Positions 38,180-48,651 of a stretch of DNA of 64,000 bases are shown here, in pieces; the first letter of the stretch is position 1; the number at the start of each line of letters is the position of its first letter. The stretch is from Cyanobacteria bacterium P01_D01_bin.156 (GTDB lineage Bacteria > Cyanobacteriota > Cyanobacteriia > Phormidesmidales > Phormidesmidaceae): contig JBCCQQ010000002.1 in NCBI GenBank assembly GCA_039024555.1, positions 64,001 through 128,000 of the forward strand. The letters are read 5' to 3'. A model generated the notes under the pieces. The model made no database searches. It was not told where the DNA came from and was given only the letters and a program-made list of their open reading frames with translations. The position numbers were made by a program, and so were the translations under genes.

Positions 38180-39994
38180 ATGTTAACTACATCGCAACCT
38201 ACCATTGCCTTGGAGAAATTCGCTGCAAAGATTCACCCTCTCTTAAACCGTGTTTATAGTTCAGAACAAATTGATGCCCTATTGCCACGGCTGTTTGATC
38301 TGACTAAGGAGCACCTTAAAGCTCATTCTCGCGAGGATTTGGGCAAATGGGATCAAGATAAGGTCTTACTGATCACCTATGGGGATAGCATCTGTGGTGA
38401 GGACACATCTCCCTTACAAACGCTGCATCAGTTCCTCAATGCCTATCTGGCTGACACAGTAACGGGAGTACACATTCTGCCATTCTTCCCTTACAGCTCT
38501 GATGATGGCTTTGCAGTTATTGATTTTTTAGAGGTCAATCCCGAGTTGGGTAACTGGGCTGATGTGGAAGCCATCGGACGTAATTTCAATCTTATGTTTG
38601 ATCTGGTAGCCAACCATGTTTCTAGCCAGAGTGATTGGTTTGAACAATTCAAACGGAACCAACGCCCGGGCCGAGATTACTTTATTAACTTGCCAGAAGA
38701 CACATCTACAGCAGATGTTGTCAGGCCCCGCAGCAGCCCGTTACTGACACCTGTAGACACAAGTGAAGGGGTAAAACATGTTTGGACCACCTTTAGTGCG
38801 GACCAGGTGGATTTAGACTATGGCAATCCAGATGTTTTCTTGGAATTTGTCAAAATTATTCTGGAATATGTTCGCCACGGTGCCAGATATATTCGGCTCG
38901 ATGCTGTGGGCTTCTTATGGAAGTCGCTGGGCACCTGCTGTATTCATTTGCCCGAAACCCATGCCATTATCCAAGCTTTTCGGGAAATTCTACAGATGGT
39001 GGATCCCGGCGTTGCCCTAATTACTGAGACCAATGTGCCTAATCGCGAAAATCTCAGCTATTTTGGAGATCGCAACGAAGCCCATATGATCTACAACTTC
39101 AGCCTGCCACCTCTGCTGCTAAACGCACTGATGCAAGGCCGGGCTGATCACCTCAAAACGTGGATGATGAGCATGCCACCGGCTCCCATCGGCTGCGCCT
39201 ACTTTAACTTCACCGCATCCCACGATGGCATTGGTCTGCGCCCTACCGAAGGATTGCTAGAGGCTGAAGAATTTGACACTCTGATCAACACCATGCGGAG
39301 CTTTGGTGCCAAAATCAGCATGCGGAGCAAAGCCGACGGTAGCGAATCTCCCTACGAAATCAATATTTCCCTATTTGACGCTTGCAAAGGTACCGCTAAA
39401 GGCCTTGACCAATGGCAGATCGAACGCTTTCTATGTTCTCAAACGGTCATGATGTCTTTGGAGGGCATCCCTGCCTTTTACATTCATAGCCTTTTAGCTA
39501 CACCCAATGATGTAGAAGGGATGAAAGCCACGGGACGCAATCGCTCCATCAATCGCCACGGTTGGGACAAAAAACGTCTGGATACCCTGTTACAGGATCC
39601 CAAATCCCCTCAGGCGATCGTGTTAAAAGAATTATCACGACTCATAAAAATTCGTCGTCAGCAAAAAGCCTTTCATCCAAACGCCACCCATTACACTCTG
39701 CATCCTCAAAACCCTGCGATCCTGGCTTTTTGGCGTCAAAGTATCGCCCGCGATCAGAGTATTTTTTCCATTCATAACCTCAGCGATCAGCCTCACAAGC
39801 TCGATTTCAACGAACTCAATCTGGTGAACACTGACAGTTGGATGGACCTGATTAGTGGTGAACAGTTTGAGAATCTACACACTATTTACAACCTACAGCC
39901 CTATCAATCCATTTGGCTAACGAACCATCCTTACTACGACCGCAGCAAAACTCCTGATCATCGAGATCTTGAATTTCTCTACGAGCCCGAATAG
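38180..39994 (+). CDS. GH13_18 sugar phosphorylase, probably glucosylglycerate phosphorylase
   Basis: LITYGDS, VHILPFFP.SSDDGF, WTTFSADQVDL, IRLDAV, ITETNVP, ASHDGIG, PYEIN. Confidence 0.85.
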   Translation: MLTTSQPTIALEKFAAKIHPLLNRVYSSEQIDALLPRLFDLTKEHLKAHSREDLGKWDQDKVLLITYGDSICGEDTSPLQTLHQFLNAYLADTVTGVHILPFFPYSSDDGFAVIDFLEVNPELGNWADVEAIGRNFNLMFDLVANHVSSQSDWFEQFKRNQRPGRDYFINLPEDTSTADVVRPRSSPLLTPVDTSEGVKHVWTTFSADQVDLDYGNPDVFLEFVKIILEYVRHGARYIRLDAVGFLWKSLGTCCIHLPETHAIIQAFREILQMVDPGVALITETNVPNRENLSYFGDRNEAHMIYNFSLPPLLLNALMQGRADHLKTWMMSMPPAPIGCAYFNFTASHDGIGLRPTEGLLEAEEFDTLINTMRSFGAKISMRSKADGSESPYEINISLFDACKGTAKGLDQWQIERFLCSQTVMMSLEGIPAFYIHSLLATPNDVEGMKATGRNRSINRHGWDKKRLDTLLQDPKSPQAIVLKELSRLIKIRRQQKAFHPNATHYTLHPQNPAILAFWRQSIARDQSIFSIHNLSDQPHKLDFNELNLVNTDSWMDLISGEQFENLHTIYNLQPYQSIWLTNHPYYDRSKTPDHRDLEFLYEPE

Positions 39995-40029
39995 TCCGTC
40001 AATTCGAGCGTAGGTCAAGCTCCACATTT

Positions 40030-40067
40030 AATCCTCCTTGGTGACAGATTGGTGACCAAGGGGGGTT
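40030..40067 (+). terminator. Hairpin downstream of the phosphorylase
   Basis: aatcctccttggt...accaaggggggtt, with G:U pairs on the + strand. Confidence 0.5.
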
Positions 40068-40251
40068 GCTAATCCATCCATACTTTTACTGCCCTTAACT
40101 ACCTGATAATCACCTGTTAATACATCTGGGAGCAAGTTAGCATGGTCAACTTGTAAAAGGGTGTATCAACTCAATTATATTTTCGAACAAAGAGACTGCT
40201 ACATGTCTCACAAATCGGTTTATCCTCTAAATCAGCAATTACATTTTCCCT

Positions 40252-40851
40252 ATGGCTCAGACAATCTCCAAAATCACATCTGTTAGCGGTCGTGGCATTC
40301 CCTTATTGGGCAACGATATTGATACTGACCGCATCATTCCAGCTCGATTTCTACGATGTGTCACATTTGATGGATTAGGGGAGAATGTCTTTGCTGATGA
40401 TCGAACTGGAGGAAATCACCCATTCGATACTCCCCAGTATCAGGGGGCCAAAATTCTCGTGGTCAACAGTAATTTTGGCTGTGGTTCATCTCGTGAGCAC
40501 GCTCCTCAAGCGATTATGCGCTGGGGTATTGGAGCCATTATTGGAGAAAGTTTTGCAGAAATCTTTTTGGGTAACTGTGTAGCGATTGGGATGCCCTGCG
40601 CCACAGCAACATCTGAACTTGTTGCCCAACTACAGACATTGATCACCCACTCACCTGAGACTGATCTCACTCTGGACCTAGAAACTTCAACGGTTTCCGA
40701 TGGTACACAGACACACCCGGTCACCTTTAAAGCAGGCAACCGGCAGATGTTGATTAATGGCACTTGGGATGCCTGCGGTCAGCTTCTACAACATTCTGAG
40801 CAAGTTAAGGCAACCGCAAACAAGCTACCCTATGTAGCCTGGAGTCGTTAG
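40252..40851 (+). CDS. leuD: 3-isopropylmalate dehydratase small subunit
   Basis: [31 protein letters not shown]. Confidence 0.97.
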   Translation: MAQTISKITSVSGRGIPLLGNDIDTDRIIPARFLRCVTFDGLGENVFADDRTGGNHPFDTPQYQGAKILVVNSNFGCGSSREHAPQAIMRWGIGAIIGESFAEIFLGNCVAIGMPCATATSELVAQLQTLITHSPETDLTLDLETSTVSDGTQTHPVTFKAGNRQMLINGTWDACGQLLQHSEQVKATANKLPYVAWSR

Positions 40852-40876
40852 AACACAGCCTGGATCTCACCTGGTA

Positions 40877-42661
40877 TTAAGACCCCGTAGTAATTTCTCG
40901 ATGGATATTGTTTGCTCCCGAGCAAACAATGCCGCGCTTCGCATCTACGGTGACAATAGTGCCATCACGAATAATATCGGTAGCATCAGTGACACCGACC
41001 AAAACAGGAATCCCTAAACGTAGGCCTAGCACAGCCGCATGGCCCGTAGGACTAGAATCTTCAGTAACAATACCGCCAGCGTGGCGAATCAAATCGACAT
41101 AGTCGGCGCTGGTACTAGAAACCACTAAAATTTCACCAGGATTAAAGTTGCTAGCCATTAAGGCTTTATCCAAAACACGGGCTCGACCACTGACTACACC
41201 TTCACCAATCCCCTTACCATGACCTAAAACAGCGGTCACTAGCTCTACTTTAATTAAGTCGGTTGAACCCGACACACCTTGCAATGTACCAGCGGTCATG
41301 ACCACTAGGTCACCGTCATGTAGGAGTTCTTTTTCCTGAGCAACATTAACAGCGGATTGAAAGGTTTGATTGCTGGAGGGTAAGTCAACCACTAATAAAG
41401 GCTTTACTCCCCAAACTAGCTGCAGGCGACGCGCTACCTCCACATGGGGAGTCACAGCCAGAATCGGAGTACGAGGACGAAACTTCGATACATTTCGGGC
41501 CGTGGCGCCAGTTTTAGTCAAAGACATAATGGCGGCTGCATCCAACTGGGATGCAATTTGTCCCACCGCACGACTAATGGCATTGGGAATCGTACGACTA
41601 TTGGTAGTCTCCAAAGAGTTTCGGGTGATTTTTTCCCGCTCCGTCCGTTTAGCAATGGTGGCCATGGTAGCAACGGCCTCCACAGGGTATTCACCTACAG
41701 CGGTTTCGTTGGAGAGCATGACAGCATCTGTACCATCCAGAATGGCATTGGCTACGTCAGAGACCTCGGCTCGAGTAGGGCGAGGGTTACTGACCATGCT
41801 GTCTAACATCTGAGTTGCCGTAATCACTGGAATACCTAAACGATTAGCCGTCGCAATCAGCCGCTTTTGCAAAATTGGCACATCTTCAGCAGGTAGCTCC
41901 ACACCTAAATCGCCTCGAGCGACCATCACACCGTCAGACAGAGACAGAATCGCCTCCATTTGTTCGATGGCTTCGTGTTTTTCAATTTTGACAATGACCG
42001 GCACCCGCTTACCAGCATTGGCAATAATTTCTTTAATCTCAAGGACATCTTGGGGATTACGCACAAAGCTGAGGGCCACCCAATCTACGCCTTGATCCAA
42101 ACCAAATGCTAGGTCAACTTTATCCTTGTCGGTCAACGCTTTAATAGACAGGTATACACCTGGGAAGTTAACGCCTTTGCTGTTAGAGAGCTTGCCACCA
42201 ACCACCACATCACAGTGGAGCTCGCGCTTTTCCATGTCCTTACCCACCACGCGCATCTCTACCTTACCGTCGTCCAGCAGGATAGTTGCATCAAGGGGTA
42301 CTTCTTCTACAAGCGGGTCATAGGTTACAGAGCTAATCGTTTGGGTGCCAGGCAGTTTGCGACTGGTCAACGTAAAGCTATCACCCGTTTTAAGCCGAAT
42401 AGAGCCATCCTCAAACTTACCTAGACGAATTTTTGGCCCCTGCAAATCTTGAAGAATACCAACAGGCTGATTGAGCTCAAAGGAGATTTGACGAATTAAC
42501 CGAATACTGCGCTGATGATCATCATGGGTCCCATGGGAAAAGTTCAAACGCAGGGTGGTGGCACCGGCTTCAATCAGCGATCGCAACGTAGTAGGATCCT
42601 GGGTAGCCGGACCAATAGTGGATACGATTTTAGTCCGCCGCAGGGCGTGGCGCAGTGGCAT
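40877..42661 (-). CDS. pyk: Pyruvate kinase with C-terminal PEP-utiliser mobile domain
   Basis: RRTKIVSTIGPA, RLNFSHG, DLQGPKIR, MVARGDLGVE, ATQMLDSM, C-terminal TGHAA. Confidence 0.97.
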   Translation of the reverse strand: MPLRHALRRTKIVSTIGPATQDPTTLRSLIEAGATTLRLNFSHGTHDDHQRSIRLIRQISFELNQPVGILQDLQGPKIRLGKFEDGSIRLKTGDSFTLTSRKLPGTQTISSVTYDPLVEEVPLDATILLDDGKVEMRVVGKDMEKRELHCDVVVGGKLSNSKGVNFPGVYLSIKALTDKDKVDLAFGLDQGVDWVALSFVRNPQDVLEIKEIIANAGKRVPVIVKIEKHEAIEQMEAILSLSDGVMVARGDLGVELPAEDVPILQKRLIATANRLGIPVITATQMLDSMVSNPRPTRAEVSDVANAILDGTDAVMLSNETAVGEYPVEAVATMATIAKRTEREKITRNSLETTNSRTIPNAISRAVGQIASQLDAAAIMSLTKTGATARNVSKFRPRTPILAVTPHVEVARRLQLVWGVKPLLVVDLPSSNQTFQSAVNVAQEKELLHDGDLVVMTAGTLQGVSGSTDLIKVELVTAVLGHGKGIGEGVVSGRARVLDKALMASNFNPGEILVVSSTSADYVDLIRHAGGIVTEDSSPTGHAAVLGLRLGIPVLVGVTDATDIIRDGTIVTVDAKRGIVCSGANNIHREITTGS

Positions 42662-43059
42662 AGTGCTTTGTCCGTGGGATAGCCGTTAGTGGGTTAATGA
42701 TATCCAGTAGAAATCAATATTGTTTCTGCAATGAAAAACAACAGTTCTGGATACGAATATGTGTTAGGCAAACCACCGGATACTATCATGCCAGGGCTCG
42801 CTTCCGCTTCACCCCCTTGTACTGCCTAGTCTTTACACGATTGAAATCTGAGAGTCACAAAAATCTTGGATACCTATGGAAATTTTCACATCCTTACTTT
42901 CCTGCAAGAAATTTCCCTACAACCATTGAATTCCAAGGAAGTTCAGACCCCATTCGATTCCGCAATAGATGTAACGCGTAAATGAGATAACGTCACAAAA
43001 CTTTATTGTTCCCTCTAGGTAGCGTATACTTCGAAACATAGGTGTGAAGGAGTATTACT

Positions 43060-43962
43060 GTGGTTTCGGTGGCAACACGCCCTTCAACGGTACTCAGACG
43101 AGTGCCTAAGGAGCTTTTGGATCCAGACGGCGGATTTAGTTTGGATTTACTAATCTTTATAGGAGCAATATTCCTGGTTGTCGTCTCAACATTTGGGTAT
43201 TTTGCCGAGTTTCTTCCCCACTGGGTTTGCTTTGTCTTAAACACGGTGGCATTGCATTTAGTAGGCACTGTTATTCATGACGCTTCCCATAATTCAGCCC
43301 ACAGCAATCGCATTGTTAATGCTGTACTGGGACACGGCAGTGCCCTAATGCTGGGGTTTACGTTTCCCGTATTTACCCGCGTTCATCTACAACACCATGC
43401 CAACGTAAACGATCCAGAAAACGACCCCGACCATTTTGTGTCCACTTGCGGTCCTCTATGGCTCATTGCTCCGCGTTTTTTTTACCACGAGATTTACTTC
43501 TTCCAGCGACGGCTGTGGAAAAAATATGAGCTTCTAGAATGGTTTCTTAGTCGCTTAACGGTTGGATTGCTTATTTATTCCGCCTGTCATTTTGGCTTTC
43601 TTAATTACTTTACTAACTACTGGTTTTCGCCAGCATTAGTGGTGGGTGTAGCCCTCGGACTATTTTTTGACTATCTACCCCACCGCCCTTTTGAGGAGCG
43701 TAACCGCTGGAAAAATGCTCGCGTTTATCCGGGGCAATTGCTCAATCTGTTAATTATGGGGCAGAACTACCACCTAGTACATCACCTCTGGCCTTCGATT
43801 CCTTGGTACAAGTACAAGCCAGCCTATGAGGTGATGAAGCCCTTACTAGATGAAAAGGGGTCTCCTCAGTCTCTAGGATTAATGCGACGTAAGGACTTCT
43901 GGGGGTTTGTCTATGACATTTTTCTGGGCATTCGCTTTCATCACCACAAGAAGGATTCCTAG
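43060..43962 (+). CDS. crtR: Beta-carotene hydroxylase (cyanobacterial)
   Basis: His boxes HDASH, RVHLQHH, NYHLVHHLWP; FFDYLPHRPF. Confidence 0.93.
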   Translation: MVSVATRPSTVLRRVPKELLDPDGGFSLDLLIFIGAIFLVVVSTFGYFAEFLPHWVCFVLNTVALHLVGTVIHDASHNSAHSNRIVNAVLGHGSALMLGFTFPVFTRVHLQHHANVNDPENDPDHFVSTCGPLWLIAPRFFYHEIYFFQRRLWKKYELLEWFLSRLTVGLLIYSACHFGFLNYFTNYWFSPALVVGVALGLFFDYLPHRPFEERNRWKNARVYPGQLLNLLIMGQNYHLVHHLWPSIPWYKYKPAYEVMKPLLDEKGSPQSLGLMRRKDFWGFVYDIFLGIRFHHHKKDS

Positions 43963-43981
43963 GATCAAATAATAAGGTTCA

Positions 43982-44023
43982 AAAACAAGCGGATGGAAGC
44001 TCACACTCCCATCCGCTTGTTTT
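43982..44023. terminator. Bidirectional intrinsic terminator between crtR and aroH
   Basis: aaaacaagcggatgg / ccatccgcttgtttt, perfect 15 bp. Confidence 0.8.
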
Positions 44024-44063
44024 ATGCAATTCAGCTGTCCTCTAACAAGCTCAGTCAATTTCA

Positions 44064-44465
44064 CTAGATCAGGGCTAAATCAGGTCTCAGGTCACTAGCT
44101 CCCCGGAGATAGGGGTGATAAATCTGAGTTTGGGGAAGCGCCGTGTAAACATGGATTAGAAACCGAATACACATGGGCAAACTACCGGCTACTTTCATGT
44201 GCTGTACATCAAGTAGGGGCACTGTGTCCCAATTAGGGCGTTGACGCGCGATCGCAGCAGGGAAGATGGCATCTAAATCCGATGTTACCGAAAATGTCAC
44301 GCTGACTATGTCATCAGTATTCAGAGAATTATGGGCTTCTAGGGCATCCAATAGCTCAGTAACCGCCTCCGTCATCGCAGCTATTGAATTCTCCGGCACG
44401 GTTGTCGCCCCTCGAATTGCTCGCACTCGCCAGTTACCCAAATCCGCTTGCTGCATTTTGCCCAT
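44064..44465 (-). CDS. aroH: Chorismate mutase, AroH class
   Basis: RAIRGATT, DLDAIFPA, CIRFLIH, YLRGASDLRPDL. Confidence 0.95.
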   Translation of the reverse strand: MGKMQQADLGNWRVRAIRGATTVPENSIAAMTEAVTELLDALEAHNSLNTDDIVSVTFSVTSDLDAIFPAAIARQRPNWDTVPLLDVQHMKVAGSLPMCIRFLIHVYTALPQTQIYHPYLRGASDLRPDLALI

Positions 44466-44545
44466 TCCTGATACTTTTCCCGATTGCCTCTGCCATTAAC
44501 TTTAGGCTTAAACCATAAGTATTCTAAGTGTTTCCCATACCTAAA

Positions 44546-45403
44546 CTATCGTCCCAAAGGTCCTGGGAATGTGGCACCAGGCACTTGGTAAAGCCATAGA
44601 GGAAGACCTTGGTACGCTAACTCAAATTCCAACCAGTTCAGCACTTGAGGGCTCATCCAAACAGCCGCCTGCTGATTACCCGGCAAAAGTTTGTTCCAGA
44701 ACGGTTTTCGCTCTTCAATCGTATAAATCTCAGTTTTCTCCGGATCCAGCCCCGCTAACTCTGCAGCCCAACGACGAGCATCTGCTTCGGTACCAAGACG
44801 ATCCACTACCCCTAGCTCTAAAGCCTGGGCACCCGTAAAAATTCGACCGTCCGCAAACCCGCGTACCGTCTCCTCCTCTAAATTACGGGCCGTAGCAATC
44901 GTGGATACAAACTGCCCGTAGCTAACATCAATTAGCTCCTGCAAAATAGTCTGTTCCGGCTGAGTCAGTTCCCGGTCAAAGGACAAAATATCCTTGTAAG
45001 GGCCTGACTTAATCACCTTGAAAGACACTCCCACCTTATCCAACAAGCGCTCTAGGTTATTGCCCCGCAAAATCACCCCGATACTGCCTGTAATGGTGCC
45101 TGGATTAGTCACAATGTGCTGTGCGCCCATGCCAATATACACACCGCCAGACGCCGAAATATTGCCAAAGCTGGCAACAATTTTGACTGTCTCCTGTAGT
45201 TGCTTGAGGGCACTGTAAATTTCTTGGGAATCCCCGACCGTGCCACCTGGGCTATCAATCCGTAGAAGTAAGGCTGGAAACTTCTTTTCCTTAACCTCTT
45301 CAAGGGCCTCCAGCACTCGCTTTCGGGTTCCACCGGCAATTGCTCCCGAAATTTCAATGCGGGCAATCTGCTTACGAAATCGTGGCTTGAATGGCCAAAT
45401 CAT
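44546..45403 (-). CDS. sppA: Signal peptide peptidase SppA (short, S49)
   Basis: RIDSPGG, ASGGVY, TGSIGV, KSGPYKD, ADGRIFTG. Start placed at MIWPFK. Confidence 0.93.
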   Translation of the reverse strand: MIWPFKPRFRKQIARIEISGAIAGGTRKRVLEALEEVKEKKFPALLLRIDSPGGTVGDSQEIYSALKQLQETVKIVASFGNISASGGVYIGMGAQHIVTNPGTITGSIGVILRGNNLERLLDKVGVSFKVIKSGPYKDILSFDRELTQPEQTILQELIDVSYGQFVSTIATARNLEEETVRGFADGRIFTGAQALELGVVDRLGTEADARRWAAELAGLDPEKTEIYTIEERKPFWNKLLPGNQQAAVWMSPQVLNWLEFELAYQGLPLWLYQVPGATFPGPLGR

Positions 45404-45562
45404 AGACGGCAATACAATAAACAACTAGCAGTTCCGATCATTACCACACATGCACAGCGAACTGAGCAAAGCAATAGGGAAATGACTTGGCCAGACTGGC
45501 CATCACAACTTAACATTCCTTTATGATAAGGCTAACGGTAGCCTATCCAACTTCCCCATAGC

Positions 45563-46672
45563 ATGGCGTTGAATCTAGAGAAAACCCCGCTCCCCCTACT
45601 AATTGCTCCTTTCTTTCTGTGGGGGACGGCTATGGTAGCCATGAAGGGAGTCATCGATACAACCACGCCCTTGTTTCTGGCAACCATGAGGTTAATTCCT
45701 GCTGGGGTCATGGTTTTAATTGCAGCTGCTTATCTAGGCCGAAAACAGCCACGAACTTGGCAAGGATGGGCTTGGATTGGTGGATTTTCCCTAGTTGATG
45801 GCATGCTGTTTCAGGGGTTTTTAGCGGAAGGGCTACAGCGTACAGGTGCAGGCCTGGGTTCGGTGATGATTGATTCACAGCCTATCGCCGTTGCCGTAAT
45901 GGCCCGATTTTTATTTCAAGAAGTGGTTGGGCCTTTAGGCTGGCTGGGACTCGCCATTGGGGTGGTGGGTATTAGTTTCTTGGGGCTTCCCGATGCCTGG
46001 ATTTTGCACGTACTTTCAAGTATCAAAACGGGAATGGCTACTGGCCAATGGCCAACTCTATCGAACAGTTTTATCACAACCACACCGACAGACAATCTTT
46101 GGGAGCTGCTGCTCAGTCGCGGAGAATGGCTCATGCTACTGGCGGCTTTGTCCATGGCCGTTGGCACTATTATGATTGCCTATGTGTCTAAGCACGTTGA
46201 TCCGGTAGTAGCAACGGGCTGGCACATGATTTTTGGGGGTCTACCGCTGTTGGGTTTATCGGTCTACACAGAGGTTCAGCAGTGGCAAAGTATCCCCATC
46301 TCTGGTTGGCTAGCCATTGCCTACTCCACTATTTTTGGTAGTGCGATCGCCTATGGCATATTTTTCTATTTAGCTTCCCAAGGGAACTTAACTAGCCTAA
46401 GTGCTCTGACATTTCTGACCCCAGTCTTTGCCTTAACCTTCAGCACATTGCTGCTGTCAGAGAGTCTCACAGAGATTCAGTGGTGCGGTGTTGTTTTAAC
46501 CCTCATCAGTATCTACTTGGTCAATCAACGCACTATCATTAGCCAAACATGGTTTCGAGTTCTGACTGAACCCTCCACCACAAATATGCTTAGTACCCTG
46601 AATCCTGAACTCGCTAAATCAGTTGTAGTTTGGGCAAAATCCCATCTTCACTTGGAACCACCCGCTGAATAA
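45563..46672 (+). CDS. DMT/EamA-family transporter
   Basis: FFLWGTAMVAMK, about 10 TM helices in two repeats, LTPVFAL. Confidence 0.88.
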   Translation: MALNLEKTPLPLLIAPFFLWGTAMVAMKGVIDTTTPLFLATMRLIPAGVMVLIAAAYLGRKQPRTWQGWAWIGGFSLVDGMLFQGFLAEGLQRTGAGLGSVMIDSQPIAVAVMARFLFQEVVGPLGWLGLAIGVVGISFLGLPDAWILHVLSSIKTGMATGQWPTLSNSFITTTPTDNLWELLLSRGEWLMLLAALSMAVGTIMIAYVSKHVDPVVATGWHMIFGGLPLLGLSVYTEVQQWQSIPISGWLAIAYSTIFGSAIAYGIFFYLASQGNLTSLSALTFLTPVFALTFSTLLLSESLTEIQWCGVVLTLISIYLVNQRTIISQTWFRVLTEPSTTNMLSTLNPELAKSVVVWAKSHLHLEPPAE

Positions 46673-47082
46673 TTCATCCCCTCAACACAAGTTTCTAACG
46701 ACAGAAAAACACATCGGGTCTTTATATTCAAAGCCTATATACAAAAAGTTCTTGATAAATTAAGGGCAAGTGTCATCGGTTGCCATGTGATTTTTAGATA
46801 CTGTAGTTACAAACCATAGGCTGTACATTGCGGGGGTGAATTTGGGTACAGTTATGGTGTCATGCGGTGCTATTTTCGGTGAACTAGAGCGGTATTTTTA
46901 TTTCTTGGGTTGTCTGCTGGCCAACTCTTGCAGACCTCTAAAGCATGTCCCGACCAGGCCTCTCTAACAGATATCCGAAACAGCCTGGTTATTTATGGAT
47001 TTAACAGAAATCTGCTGTTAGCCCACTGAATAGACAATCTAAACGGTGAACGTAGGAAGCAGATACTGAATACTGAACTAAT

Positions 47083-48522
47083 ATGATTTGGCGCTCTACT
47101 CTAGTATTCTTGACAAGCCTTGCAGCCTTCACGGTTTCAGTCGAAAATTTGCAGGCCAAGGCTGAAGATATTCGGTTCTTGTTAGCGCAATCTTCATTAG
47201 TTGATCCAAACGCTGCCGTAGATACAGGTCAAGCCGTACCTAACTTTAACCAAGCAACGACCTCCCAGAACAGTCCTCTAGTTCAAGAACAGCGCGAAGA
47301 GATTAAAACACTTCAACAAGAGTTAAGCAACCGTGGTTACTATCACGGCCCAATCGATGGTATCTACGGTCCTGGCACTGAAGCTGCTGTTCAAAAGCTG
47401 CGGGGCCAAACGGGAAATATAGCAGCGCCAACATCTATTCCGTCCACGTTGGGTTCACCTGAGCCGCTCAGTGAGCCAACGGCTCCAGCCTCAGCAGATG
47501 CTTCCCCCAATATTGACAGTGGCTCGATAAATTCTGAAATTGACAGTGGCTCGATAAATTCTGAAGACGGCAATCCTGTTAGCGATGACGCTCAGTCTGA
47601 AAATGATGCCGAACCCGCTGAAAATTTGGACAATGACGCTGAAACCACTGAAAATTTTGACGCTGAGCCTGTTCCACCGCCCACCAGACCGAGTCCCATG
47701 CTATGGGCAGGGTTGGCCGTACTCGCTGCCCTTGGCAGTTTTGGCATTGGGTTTATTTTGGTCAATCGTTCCCATGGCCATGACGAGGAAGAGGAAGCAT
47801 CATGGGGTATTCCAACAGACATTTCTTCACTCAATAACAACAGTCGTGAAATGGCCGCGTCTAATGGGCATGGGCTTCCCCAAGAGGCACACCATCGGAA
47901 TGGACCCCATGGTTTAGCAGTAGCCTCCTCTACCGCTAAACCAACGACCCTACCTCCAGACAACGTATCGGTGATGCCGATTAGCAATGGAAATGGGGGC
48001 CTGTCCACCACCACTCGATTAGCTCAGGTGGATGTTATTGACGAGCTAGTGGCTAATTTGCAGGTGGCTGATCCTGCTAAACGAAGAAAAGCCATTTGGG
48101 AGCTAGGGCAACGGGGAAATTCTTCAGCCGTTCACCACTTGGTGAACAACATGGTAGACACTGACTCTAAGGAAAAAAGTCTTATTCTGGCGGCCCTGTC
48201 AGAAATTGGCATTCGTTCTTTAAAGCCCATGAGCCGAGCCCTGGCAATCGCACTGCAGGATGAAAATCCAGATGTCCGAAAAAATGCGATTCGTGATCTT
48301 ACTCGGGTATATGATCTGGTGACCCAAATCAGCCAGATGTTGGGCCACGCCACCGAAGATGAAGACCCTGAGGTCCGCCGCACAGCAGAATGGGCCATGG
48401 GGCAGCTAAATCGAATTCGGGAAGCACCTAAATTAAGCTCCGCAGTCAACAAAAATGGCTTAGACGCTTCTCATGCGTCTTCAGAACTCCTGCCTGGAGA
48501 TATGGAAAATCTTAAAAACTAG
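47083..48522 (+). CDS. Peptidoglycan-binding domain + TM + HEAT-repeat protein
   Basis: Signal peptide; LQQELSNRGYYHGPIDGIYGPGTEAAV (PG_binding_1); acidic linker; TM helix; HEAT repeats (DENPDVRKNA, DEDPEVRRTA). Confidence 0.8.
   Translation: MIWRSTLVFLTSLAAFTVSVENLQAKAEDIRFLLAQSSLVDPNAAVDTGQAVPNFNQATTSQNSPLVQEQREEIKTLQQELSNRGYYHGPIDGIYGPGTEAAVQKLRGQTGNIAAPTSIPSTLGSPEPLSEPTAPASADASPNIDSGSINSEIDSGSINSEDGNPVSDDAQSENDAEPAENLDNDAETTENFDAEPVPPPTRPSPMLWAGLAVLAALGSFGIGFILVNRSHGHDEEEEASWGIPTDISSLNNNSREMAASNGHGLPQEAHHRNGPHGLAVASSTAKPTTLPPDNVSVMPISNGNGGLSTTTRLAQVDVIDELVANLQVADPAKRRKAIWELGQRGNSSAVHHLVNNMVDTDSKEKSLILAALSEIGIRSLKPMSRALAIALQDENPDVRKNAIRDLTRVYDLVTQISQMLGHATEDEDPEVRRTAEWAMGQLNRIREAPKLSSAVNKNGLDASHASSELLPGDMENLKN
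47512..47565 (+). repeat. In-frame perfect 27 bp tandem repeat (IDSGSINSE x2)
   Basis: attgacagtggctcgataaattctgaa x2. Confidence 0.9.
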
Positions 48523-48651
48523 GTCATGGCGACCTCAATTATCTGGGCGGGCTAACTTCTGTCAGTACAGCTTTTGATAGACAATCTGCGCTTGTTATGG
48601 GTTGGTGAACTGCCCCATGATCGTATAGGGTCATAGAGCTCAGCTGATGAC

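Noticed and set aside
40877..41230. Extra C-terminal domain on pyruvate kinase
   Set aside because: A known feature of cyanobacterial and Bacillus pyruvate kinases; not novel.
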